From assembly GCA_030295235.1 (NCBI GenBank), contig AP026164.1, positions 1,488,001 to 1,552,000 on the forward strand: a DNA stretch of 64,000 nucleotides. The letters run 5' to 3'. The number at the start of each line of letters is the position of its first letter. Position 1 is the stretch's first letter. Positions 13,425 through 24,400 of the stretch are shown piece after piece. Under the pieces are notes generated by a model. That model searched no databases, was not told where the DNA came from, and was given only the letters and a program-made list of their open reading frames with translations. The DNA is from Fistulifera solaris (taxonomy: Eukaryota). The position numbers and the translations under genes were made by a program.

Positions 13425-14853
13425 GGGTGCCGTCCAAGCTTGAGCAACATTAGCGGCAGGAGGGCGGGCTTGGCATCAGCGGGCTTCTCTTCTTTGCTCT
13501 TGTGCTCGTCGGTTCCATGAGTCTGGTTCCAACGCTTGCACTTGGCTAGCAATAATAGAAAGTCTTGCCGTACTTGGTCATGGTGGTGGGCTCGCCGTCC
13601 TTCGGTAGCGATGCGAAGTCCAACGAGTTTCGGTCGAACCACCGCTTTTCTTTCGCCATCACCACCGCTAGCCTTCGGAGCAGCCTTGTCTTTGTTCGCC
13701 TTCTTGTCTTTGGTCTTCGAGGAGGCAGTTTTAGTGCCGTTCGACTCGAATTTCGACTTGAGGGTCTTGAACTTCGGCTTTGAGACTCTTGATAGCCGCA
13801 GTATTAGCACTAACATCAGTAGCAACTCCTTTAGCCGGTCCCCAATCGTCCTTCAGGGTGCTGTAGAAATCTTTAGCTTCATGGAGAATGCGGCGATAGT
13901 TTGTATAACCGCTCATCCTTTCAGCAACTTCCTTCGACTTTCCGGCAGAGAGACGCACAAAGTCGGAGAGAGATGCCAACTTCGTGTGCCAGTGAACACG
14001 GAACGCCGACCGAACATTTGCACAGCTGCTGCTGCAAAATAATCAAGTGGTCGCTGAGGGAGCTGGTCATTAGCTTCCAACTCCTGCAAAGTCTCCATCT
14101 GCGCATTAGCCCCAAGCAGCAACATTCTCACCGGGAGTTTCAACCAACGTGGCGCCGTGAACTCCTCTCCGAGCTCTGAGACACGGCGAAATGCGTTGGG
14201 AAGAACTTCTTCGGTGATTTTCATCCAAACCAAAGGGCCAAAGCGGCATGGCCGGAACTCAAGGAAGTACGAATCGTGCGCTGGAAGGAGCTCCAACGAG
14301 TTGAGCAGAAAAGCAGCCGAATCGCTTAGCGAGTTGATCATGTACTGATCAAAGACACCGGACTTGATCATGTCTTCGAGATGCTTCGCGACTTCGTCGA
14401 AAGTGAACTTGCCATGGTACACGAAGAGATCGATGACACGACTGAGATCAGCAGGATCATTCATGTAGAACGGTATCGAGACCATGCGTAATACAATGGT
14501 TGAACGCTTCATCCGCGAGCTCAACAAGGCGGTAGTTATTCGCATTAGGACTGAACTTGGGGTCGAGACCGGCGATGCGATCCTTAAAACTTTTCTCAGC
14601 GCGATAAGGATTCGGATCTCGGAAGCAGTAGGGCGTCGCAGGCACAAGGTTAACACTGCGAGTAAAGTTTGCATCCGGAGGACCACCAATAGCTGGGATA
14701 GAACCTTGAACAAGGCCGAACTTTGGCGCGAGAACGGGCTCGGAAAAATGGCCTGAACATCCTTTTCGACTTTTGCGCTCGGTGAAACTGCGAGTCGAGT
14801 ACCGGCGGTCACCGGAGGAGGTTTCCTGTCATCAGTTTCGCTATCGGAAGACA
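13367..14853 (-). CDS. gag: Copia gag (frameshifted), with a C-x2-C-x6-H-x4-H-type knuckle
   Basis: Lies between PBS and pol; ORF fragments 13913-14878 and 13367-13825; knuckle remnant AKCKRWNQTHGTDEH after a Lys-rich stretch. Confidence 0.75.
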
Positions 14854-14939
14854 TATCGCGAATAACGAAAGACGACAAAAGGGAGTAAGTAGGGCACGTG
14901 TATCAAACAACTGCAAAGACTGTACCAGATAGTGTAAAT

Positions 14940-14953
14940 CTGGGCTCGTAACC
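14940..14953 (-). promoter_or_regulatory. Primer-binding site of the half-tRNA-iMet type (GGTTACGAGCCCAG)
   Basis: Directly abuts the 5' LTR; resembles the GGTTATG(A/G)GCCC PBS of Drosophila copia and yeast Ty5, which pairs with the iMet anticodon stem-loop. Confidence 0.85.
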
Positions 14954-15407
14954 TCTCACGTATCGACGGACAGAAACAGAAATTCTGTCAACCAAGTCGC
15001 TACGTTTCGCAACAACAGAAGAGGAAGTATCTGGTAGAGCTAAGACGATAAACAGTCAAAGTTTTCCAAACAACAATATTATGAAGCCTTTACAAATCCG
15101 ACAAATGAACAAGGTGGAATCTCACTGGGTGATGGTTCCGCCGAGAATGTCACTGCCATCGGACTAGGTCTTGTTTTATCTTGAAATTCTGAGCTCACGT
15201 ATGTGGCTCTAACATTCTTGTATCGCGTTGCTTGCAAACCTTTCACGCCTTCACGATCAACCCAAATCGTGCAAAGACCCTTGGGCCTCGCCCCAAGAGG
15301 TTACACCTCGGATGCTTCCGATTTGGGGATCGGAATTCGCATTAGGTCGCGGCGGCCATATTGGCTGAGTCCCTAGTAGTCTGCCCGCTATCCGCATTTC
15401 CGTGACA
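14954..15407 (-). repeat. 5' LTR (454 bp)
   Basis: Direct repeat of 8313-8766, differing at about four small indel/substitution sites. Confidence 0.96.
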
Positions 15408-17797
15408 CGCTCCCCAAAATCTGCTCCTAAATGAAGAAAAATATGGATTGTCGGAGTCATTAGCAAACCAGATTTCAAAGGGCAGCCTCTTCGTCCTAGC
15501 AGCCATCATGTGTCTTTTAAGATCTTGCGGACCCCAGATGTGTCGGACACCACAGCCTTCACTGATTTCGTCTCTGTGCGGCGGACGGCCGTCGTACTTG
15601 TCGGTCAAGTCGCTGAGCTGCAACTTTTCGATGAAAATTCCGATGATCATTGTTCCTGACTGTATTCGCTCGTCTTTTGAAGCCTGACCAGTCGGAGAAA
15701 CAGAAACGACTCTGCATGCGCTCAAAACACGATCGTAGATAGAATAAAATCCCAAAGGAAGCTCTGGGTCAAATTTATTTTTCAGGACTTCTTGATGACC
15801 AGTGTCGATATGATTGTCAGCGGTTGGTTCTAAAAAAGTGCTGCATAATATGGGTTCCTTCCTCATACTTCCATTTTGTCTCGTTTGTTGAGACATAGCT
15901 TGTATACGTATACTTGGTTCCTCACACTCTATAACTGGTGATGGAAGCTGGTTCTGTATCGACGCTCGGAGAGTGAAACTTCGTTTGTTCTAACGTCCTT
16001 GTTCACTTGTTCCACGGTCTGTGGGCCAATTCGATCACTTCGTCTCTCCGATTGCTGGTGTATTCGAGCGAGAGTGCTTGGCATAGACTTCGCCTCATGT
16101 GTAATTAGTTCCCTGTCTCTATACCCTGAATGCATCTCCTTTGTGTGCGACTTGCTTCCCTCGCCCCGTAGTGGAATCGCAAAAGCATCGGTTTGGTCCC
16201 CAAAACCAATATCACTTCGAAGTCGTTTATGCTGTAACATTTCTTCAACATGATCTGTTCGCCTCCTACTGCGTGAATCAGAAGTCGAAAAAGTCTCATT
16301 ATTGCTGGTTTTTCGTGGGGCGACGACATGACATTTGGAGTTCCAATCCTTCTTTCCCCAATTCTCAGTTGCAGTTCTTCGTTGCTCCACCGTCAAAGCA
16401 AAGTTACCCTCCGGAGGATACGGTAAAGTCTCGCGACTTGAGTGTTTTTCTGGCAAACAAACTATTAACCTTCGATCAAAACGCTTTAAATCGATAGAAG
16501 GCGCCAAACACAGCTTAATCTGGATGGTTTTTGCTCCTCGTTTGCGAACGTCTTCAATATGCTTTTTAAGCTCTTCGACAGTTTTACAATATGAGCCACC
16601 AGCTTCCACGATCATAGCCCCAGCAGTAAGGTTTTCTGGCGAAATGATGTCTGCAAGTTGACCCTTGAAAGCATTTTCCTTCAAAACTAACACCCCGATT
16701 TGCTGATCATCGAAGCTCTCCACTCTGACACCCAAACTTCGCGTAATGTCGACTTTTACCACCACTTCGATTCCCTCACTGTTCAAATGGTCAATATTAT
16801 ATCTTGCAATAAGTTCTCTGAGTTTAACCCCCAACGCGCAAAGAAAATTTTAACTAACTCTTTAGGACCTTCGACGACAAGCTTCCACGTATGCGGTCTT
16901 TCGTCGATTTTAAATAACTAAGTTTTCAGCTTGAGGCCCAATCCATTATTTATGTGTTCTTGGTTTTTAAAAAGCTTCGTGAAATTGGAAGAAAAAACGT
17001 CTTGTGATGAACTCTTTCGTACTTCCTGGTAAAAAAGCGCGGTACCTTTGATTCAGCCCTAATGATAGTATTCGCCTTTTCATCGATTGTTGACTTTTCA
17101 GACCGCCTTTCTATAGCAGCAATGCTGCTCTCTAGGCTCAAATCATTTGTCTCTCTTCTGCTCGACAAATTTTATCTTCTAGAGTACTGATCACCTCAAT
17201 CTCCTCAGCGCGACAGATGGACTCTTCTATCCGCTTCAACATATAATATTCCATTTTAGCATAGCATTCTTGCGGAGGTTTTGAGTCAAACGAAGGAGTA
17301 AGTTGTTTGGAGGAGTGGGATGAACCAGGAGACGAGACAATAGGATAGTCATCAGACCACTCAGCCTCCTCGTCAAACCGGAGACTTCCAATTTCGCCAT
17401 CCACGTATTCGTCAGCCTCCATCGCATTTTTATCTGCTGCGGCGGAAGAAGACAACCTAAGAATATTCGTATCGTGATGTTCTTGCTCATGAAAGCAAGC
17501 AATCGCCTGGTCATCGCTGGGTCTCGAATTATTCAAATGTGCATTCAGTTCGCGTTGCCAATTCTGTCGTTCCATCAAACCGTCGCTGCTATCCCCTTCA
17601 AAAGGTTGCTGTAGTTGCTCCTGACTGGTCCCTCAATGCAGTTCAGTACCCAACTGATTGTGAATTTGCTGCAAAGAATTGCTATCAGTTGCTTGCTCGT
17701 CGCCAACTCGAAGCCCCGACACGTCACGTTCTTCGTTTGCGACAAGTGTCCGATTCGATTCGACCCCAAGCGTAGGGTCATTTTCGTGGTTATCCAT
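15408..17797 (-). pseudogene. 5' part of multidomain gene paralog A (acidic N-terminus, two PDZ-like domains)
   Basis: EEAEWSDDYPIVSSPGSSHSS, RSLGVRVES...KGQLADIISPENL, KFDPELPLGFYSIYD...GQASKDERIQSGT and FEIWFANDSDNPYF align with paralog B; start MDNHENDPTL at 17797 inferred from similarity to MDDSALRV. Confidence 0.8.
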
Positions 17798-18116
17798 GAC
17801 ATACAAAAGCTAATTTTTGTATTATAAGCTTTTAAATTCCTGTTGTCAGGCACGCGAACCACCCCAGTCGATTTCACCGAAAGTTTTGTCAACGGTTTAT
17901 TATGAAATAAATACCTGGTACCTGGTACCGGTACCAGGTAATACGATGAACAATCAAAAACCAATATCCGGGTTTCCCCTAAATTTCCTGCGAGCGCTGC
18001 GTAAATTTTACGTAGACTTTTGAAGCATTGTATCGTCGCTCTTTCCTCAGTTATGATTTCGAATGGATTGTAAGCATCGTTTATTAGTGTGATTTATGGA
18101 TGCAGGGTCAAGTTTT

Positions 18117-18420
18117 TATATTTTCTGGGCATGAGAAAATATCACACGCTCATATTATCTGGGCACTCACAGATTTTCTGGGAACTTGAAAATACCACAC
18201 TGGCATATTATCTCTAGGTACGTGAAAACACAACAGGTCCAGATTTTCTGGACAAGCGTAAATAACACCCCCATATTTTCTGCGTACGTGAAAACTCCGC
18301 TCTCCCAGATTTTTTTAAGCAAGCAAAAATACCACTTTCCCAGATTTTCTGCGAGCGTGAAAGTACAACAGGTCCAGATTTTCTGATTATGTGTAAAAAC
18401 CACTCGGCCAACGTGAAACA
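18117..18420. repeat. Degenerate ~34-bp tandem array, about 9 units, consensus C-A(G/T)ATTTTCTG-N4-6-GTGAAAA-N~12
   Basis: A(G/T)ATT(T/A)TCT cores at about 18118, 18152, 18171, 18205, 18241, 18273, 18307, 18342 and 18376. Confidence 0.8.
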
Positions 18421-18688
18421 CCCCTTACCTGGTACCAGGTACACGCCCATAATTTTTTTGTGTTTCGACCGTAAAATGATGCGATAGATGTTTTTACTTG
18501 AACAAAAGAAGTTGTACTCCGTAGTTTTCTTGAAAGCATCTCTACTTCGACAGTGCTGCACCGCAAAGTAATAGGTCAATTTAGGTACAGCCGAAACAAT
18601 ACAAGAATCCCGGGCCGTATGTAATGTAGTACTTGACTGCCATCGTTGCGGCCATCATTTTTACTCTGCTTCTCGCGTCATATCCACC

Positions 18689-19663
18689 ATGACGATGGAA
18701 AATTTTACCCCTTCCTTCTGTGTTTCCGTTCCATTAGATCATTCGGAACCGCATCAAACCAGTCTTCCACAGCATGTCATTAATAGCTTTCAGAAAAATG
18801 GCTTTGTTGTGTTCCCAAACGCTTTGTCGGTCCAAGATGTGAACGATCTTAACGAAGAGTTAGAGCGAGTTTTAGGCGGATATTACGATCGCGATCAAGC
18901 TCCGGATAAAATACCTCGAATAAAGAGCGGTTCAAATGAAAGCATTCTTACCAAACAATCCGGAAAGGTCATTCAAGTTATTAACGTCCACAAATCCAAT
19001 GCGCTTTTTCGTCGTCTCGCCTGTCATCCCACACTGGGACAGATTGTGGCCCAACTAGCCGGTTGGAAGCAAGGTACTCGGCTGGCACAAGATCAAATTT
19101 GGGCCAAACCTCCCGGAGCCAAGCCACTGGCATTTCATCGCGATTCACCGTATTTCATGTTTGCACCGAATGATGTTGTAACGGTGTGGGTTGCTTTAGA
19201 TGACATGACCGACGATGTCGGTCCTCTCGAATACGTGCGAGGTAGCCATTTGTGGCAGACAAAACAGCACGTGGGATCAGCAAAGCAATTCTTTCAGTCG
19301 AATGGTGGAATGAAACTTTTACACAGTGCTGCTTTACAAGCGGGTGTATTGGATGAACACTACGGGGAAGAGGAGTGTGCCAATAAGCTAGATTTTGTGA
19401 CCCTGCAAGGACTTCAGGCGGGTGGCATATCAATACATGACGGACGAACCTGGCATGGTAGTGGCAAGAATAAGACAACAAATCGACCGAGACGAGGGTT
19501 GGGACTGCATTTTGTGCCAGCAGAGGTTCGATTCACAGCAGAAGCGGTCAAAAGTTCCTTGTGGCGACAGTATGTCACAGACGATGTTGACCCTGCATCA
19601 ATCATTCTGCCACAAGAAGATTTTCCATTGACCTGGCAAACATCATCGGTATCAGAAGCCTAA
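18689..19663 (+). CDS. Phytanoyl-CoA dioxygenase (PhyH) family Fe(II)/2-oxoglutarate oxygenase
   Basis: FQKNGFVVFPNAL, QDQIWAKPPG, FHRD (HxD), VTVWVALDD, GPLEYVRGSH, HDGRTWHGSGKN...RR. Confidence 0.9.
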   Translation: MTMENFTPSFCVSVPLDHSEPHQTSLPQHVINSFQKNGFVVFPNALSVQDVNDLNEELERVLGGYYDRDQAPDKIPRIKSGSNESILTKQSGKVIQVINVHKSNALFRRLACHPTLGQIVAQLAGWKQGTRLAQDQIWAKPPGAKPLAFHRDSPYFMFAPNDVVTVWVALDDMTDDVGPLEYVRGSHLWQTKQHVGSAKQFFQSNGGMKLLHSAALQAGVLDEHYGEEECANKLDFVTLQGLQAGGISIHDGRTWHGSGKNKTTNRPRRGLGLHFVPAEVRFTAEAVKSSLWRQYVTDDVDPASIILPQEDFPLTWQTSSVSEA

Positions 19664-19710
19664 CAATAGTTTTATGATCGCGTATGGCAAATCATAATAG
19701 TGTTTATTTT

Positions 19711-21069
19711 TTAATCGTTTTGATTACCGTCGTCATCCTCCCCATGGTTGGAATCCGTCGTAGGAACAATGCGGCCGCCAGCGGCTTCTGACAGGCTCAT
19801 ATCGTAGAGCATACGCTCCAACTTCTCCTCCGTGCGACGGACAGCTTCCAATTTCTTTTGCACGGGGCATCGTTCCAGGCTTTGTAGAGCCGAAAGGACG
19901 GAGGAAACACCCTGTAGCGACAATTCAACGGCAGATTTGTCGCGAGCCGTACCACGTTGCACAGCGTAGCGTCCGATCTCACCCGTCAAATCACAAAGCC
20001 CACCAAGATACTCTTCCGGCTCTAGTGCCACCTCGGTAAAGTCCTCCATCTGGAGAAACACCCCAGAAACCTTGGAGTTACAAGTACCGTCAGAAAAGAA
20101 CGTATTACCGTATAACCAGGCTCCAAAGAGACGTGCCTCGACGTACTCCTCTAGCACACCAGTAAATGAACCAGCAGTTCGTAAAAATGGTTCCTCTCGC
20201 ACAATGGGCATCAATTCTTTTTGAATACAATCGCGGCACTCGTTCATTAAATCACGAGTTCGTTTCGTATCACCTCGATGGAGTGCAAAAATGGATTGTT
20301 TCGCCGCCTTTGACCGTCTCGACTTTTCTTAATCAACGATTCCCGCAATTCATCTCGATGATCCATACGCTCCTTGATACCTTGTAATTCTTCAGTGGGT
20401 ATGAGTGTAGTAGTCTCTGTCTTGATGCGTTTCGCTTCGGATGTTTCCGCGTAGGACGTATCTCCCAAAGTGGCTCCGGTGATAGATAGTTCGTAAAGCA
20501 ATGTTTCCAACGCTTGCAGGCTGTATTTGACGCCATCGTACTTTCTTCGAAGAGGACCGTTCCGAAAATCCATTTGCAGCAAAAAGTTTTGACATTCCGT
20601 CACCAAACTAGCTGCAGCCCTGACAGACGCAACATCCCGCACGGTCGCTCGCCCCAGCCCATAACGTCGAAGTTCTTGCGTCGATCCCATGACGGCGCCG
20701 GCTAAATATTCCTCATCCGTGAGAGTCGGATACGAACGAGTCAACTCGGAAAGTGACACGAGCGTCCCTGTTTCCAAAAAGTGCTGAAACGATTCGAGGC
20801 GAACAATATCTTCCATGCGATTCGACAAATTGGCCAAACGCGGTTCTCGCTCGAGAGCATTCAACAAAACGTGATGACACGTCTGTCGCAAGGATTCCAT
20901 CGCTCCCATCTCTCCCGCATGATCTTTGGATACATTCACAACGACTTGTAAATGTCGGGACAGTTCAAAGGCTTCCTGTCGTCGGGCTTCGACGGCCGTA
21001 ATTCGCGCCGACAAAGTGGAAAGATCCAGAGCATTTGCTGCAGCGTATTTGAGGGGAAGGCTCGGCATG
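19711..21069 (-). CDS. Two-domain translin/TRAX-family protein (one apparent frameshift near 20308)
   Basis: Domain 1: DEEYLAG...QELRRY...FRNGPLRRKYDGVKYSLQALETLLYELS. Domain 2: DELRESLIKKSRD...SIFALHRG, LEEYVEA, EEYLGGLCDLTGEIGRYAV, KKLEAVRRTEEKLERMLYD. Confidence 0.85.
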
Positions 21070-21496
21070 TTCGAAAGGAAGCGAGTAATCGAATTGGCTG
21101 GCAAACAGCGTTTGGTCATTCCAACAAATCTGCTTTCTGCTGTTTGACAACAGGGGACGTGTCTCGTTGTGCCCCTTCAATGATGAAAATGCCATCGCAC
21201 GAGGAAAAGATTTTTTTTGGTTGAAAGATCCGAAACACTATCGACGTACCGGTACCCGTTAAACAGATGTTTTAGTCGGCTCCCTTTATTAACGATATAA
21301 TATTCAATCAGTCACACGAAGATTCATGATTCATTCCGGACAAATCATCTACTCCGCATGTTTCGAAAATCTAAGGTTACCTGGTATAATTCAAAAGTCG
21401 GAGCATTGAGAATACCTGCAACTATAGTATGAGATATTCAAAGCGTTAGTATAAAATGCATGTCATCATTACCCTTAAATATTTAATATCATCATT

Positions 21497-24400
21497 TTAT
21501 TTGCTAGAGGCAATCGCTTCGTGAACTTTTTCCTCCGATTCAAACCAGAATAGCTCGTTCTTTTGATCAAAGAAACCTTCCCCGTTGTAGTCGGGGACGT
21601 ACCGCAGTGCATTATCACTCGAAAGCCTGTATCTAGCAGTGTAGTACAATCGACCTTCTCTCAAGTCCTTGCTGGTGTGAAACCGTACGTCATAAGGGGC
21701 GTCGCTTGAATCATGATGTTGATCGTTCGCTCGTACATTCTTATCCGAAGACTGATGGAATGGACCATACCCATGAAAATATCTGCACTTTTGGTCATTG
21801 TCTTTGCATCGAGGCCAGTACCTACAGTGACCTTTCTTCCTTTTCGATAAATTCGACCATGTGTTGGCAACAATTTCCATATCGACAAACTTTTTCTGAT
21901 GGTGCTGAACTGGCACTTTCTTCTGCTGAGCAGCCCAGTCATGCGCAGCCATTACTCTTGCAGCGCAAACAAAGCGCTTGCCTTCTTCGGATACCACCAC
22001 ACGTTCTGTGATGAAGGGACTCCATCCTGCCCCCCTTCTGCATAGAAGATCTGTTTCTCTCTTGTGTTAGAATTACTCAAGTAGCCACTGGTGAACCAAA
22101 CTTGTCCTGTCGAGGATTTCTCCTCCAAAAACACGCAGCAGCTGGTATCATGGTCCGGCACGATATGGTTACAAGACTTCTCAAGAATCAGATTTAGATT
22201 TTCACCAAAGGACCTGTACCTATGAATGAAATGACAATTACCATGACGCGGACACCTCTGAGATTTCTCAAAATATCTGCATAATTGGGGCTGTCGAACT
22301 CGTATGTCAAGCCACTTAGGATGATCTAAGATAGGGGTGATGTGCTCTGTCATAGATTCTTCTTCTGTTCTCATCCTGCCATCGATGGAGGGCAGGACAC
22401 CATAGAGGGGTCAGACACCCTTCCCGTTTCTTCTGCATAATTGACGTCTTGGCCTCTACCGCACTCGTTCATGAGCAGAATCATTTGTTCAATTACCGAT
22501 TTCCGTTGCCGATCGATCTCTTTAGCATCAGCCAACTGCCCGCTCATGTGCTGAGCCATATCAAAAGGTGAGCAATAAGGTGTCTTATAGAAAGGATTCG
22601 CACCTGCTGCAAGGGCTTTTTCCAACGTCGGTCCATCATACATTGCTATAGCGGCATGGAGGAGGGTTAAATGGTCTTCGTTGGTTGAGTGCATGTCCAA
22701 CGAAAGGTTGACCTCACTAGATTCACCGAGATCTTTGTTGAACGTCTGAATTGAATTCAACCCTTCATGAATATACTTTATCGCTTGATCCTTTTTCCGT
22801 CTTTCCTCTGGTGTTGATGTTCGAACCACACGAAAGTCTAAAAGAAAGGTTCTCCAACAATCGTAGATAAGGTCCTTGAGTAGTCGGTGGATTCACCATT
22901 TGCTGTGAAAACCGACAGGTCAGCCTCAGTAACATCAACTGTTCCCAGAAGAACTGCTGTTCCCGCACTGGTAGGTCTTGCCATCACTCTGATTTTGATT
23001 GTTCTGTTTGTCTCAATATATTTATTGAAGCTGATGGAATAAAACAGATCTGAGATCTCGATAGCCGTCGGATTCCAAAGGAACGATTGACTTGACGGAA
23101 GTGGTGCTGTATCTGACGCAGAAACTTGCTCCGCTTCAAGGTATACGTAGCAATTTCTATGCTTGATGCTGTGTGGTAATCGCAAACTTCTTATTGAAAA
23201 AACATGAATATCGAATTTCTCCCAGAATGGGAATGCTCGAACTAAGTTGATGGCGCGAAGCGTTCTCGCGCAGATCTTCAGTAGCTTATCCTTCATCTCG
23301 ACGTCACTTGGTGCGTTCGCTCTTGTCATACTACGAGCGTTAGAGAAATGCCTTTGCGTAAGTCCGTCTCTCATTTCGCTTCTTCCAAAAGGAAAAATAT
23401 ACTCAATCAAGTCGGACACAGTCCCCCTTGATATTGCATCTTCAAGGGTTTTGAATCGAAACTTCAGACTACTAGTTGAGATAGTGCATGCTTCATTGGT
23501 CCGGTGATTTTTGCCGTTCGACTCGCTCGTCATATTTTCTGTTCGGAAAAATATATGAGTGGAATCCTTACCACTGAACTCTACCATTCGTGAACGATCT
23601 GATTTCTTTTTGGCTTTATCATCTTCTGGTTGAAGAACACCATCTGACTTCTTTTTGGCTTCATTATCTTTTTGGTTCAAGTACACCGTCCCAGCCCGCA
23701 AAGTTCGGCCCTCGCCATTCTCCTTCATCTCCCCATTGCGCTTCCCGAAAACGGCTCTTAAATGAATTGAAATACGGATTGTCGGAATCGTTGGCAAACC
23801 ATACTTCAGCAGGCAGCTCCTTCTTCCTAGCAGCCGTCATGTGTGTCTTGAGATCTTGTGGACACCAGATGTGACGGACACTACTTCCTTCATCGACCTC
23901 GTTTATGTGTGGAGGAGGACCCGGGTACTCGTCTGTCAAGTCGCTGATCTCCAACTTTTCAAAGAAAATTCCGATAAGCTTCGTCCCCGGTTGTATTCGC
24001 CTATCTTTTGAAGCCTGACCCGTCTTACAAACAGAAACGACTCGGCAAGCTTTTGAAACACTATCGTAGATACAATAGAAGCCCAAAGAGAGTCCCGGGT
24101 CGAATTTAGTCTTGAAGACCTCTTGATCATCAGTATCGATATGAATATTTGCGTGCGTGTCGATGATAGCGCTCCCCTTGGGCGGAGAAGTTTCGCTCCT
24201 CGTACGCTCAGAAACTTGGGGGGATTGGGTCATGGAAATCCCATCGCTACAAGAACTATTGCCAACCGTCTGCATATCAGTTGTTGCTGCTTGCGCTGCC
24301 GCCTGCTGTGGCATCGACGAAGAATTGACTCCACGTGATTCTGGGCATGCTTGGTTAAAAGCTTGGCAACTAATTCGATTGGTACTGTTGTCACTTGCTG

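Larger units (their letters stand above)
8313..15407 (-). mobile_element. Full-length Ty1/Copia LTR retrotransposon (CoDi-like), 7095 bp
   Basis: Two near-identical 454-bp LTRs, 5-bp TSD CGCTC (8308-8312 and 15408-15412), PBS and PPT, and Copia domain order gag-PR-IN-RT-RH. Confidence 0.97.

Noticed and set aside
18117..18420. CRISPR array
   Set aside because: Repeats are degenerate, spacers are only about 12 bp and partly repeated, there are no cas genes, and the context is eukaryotic.
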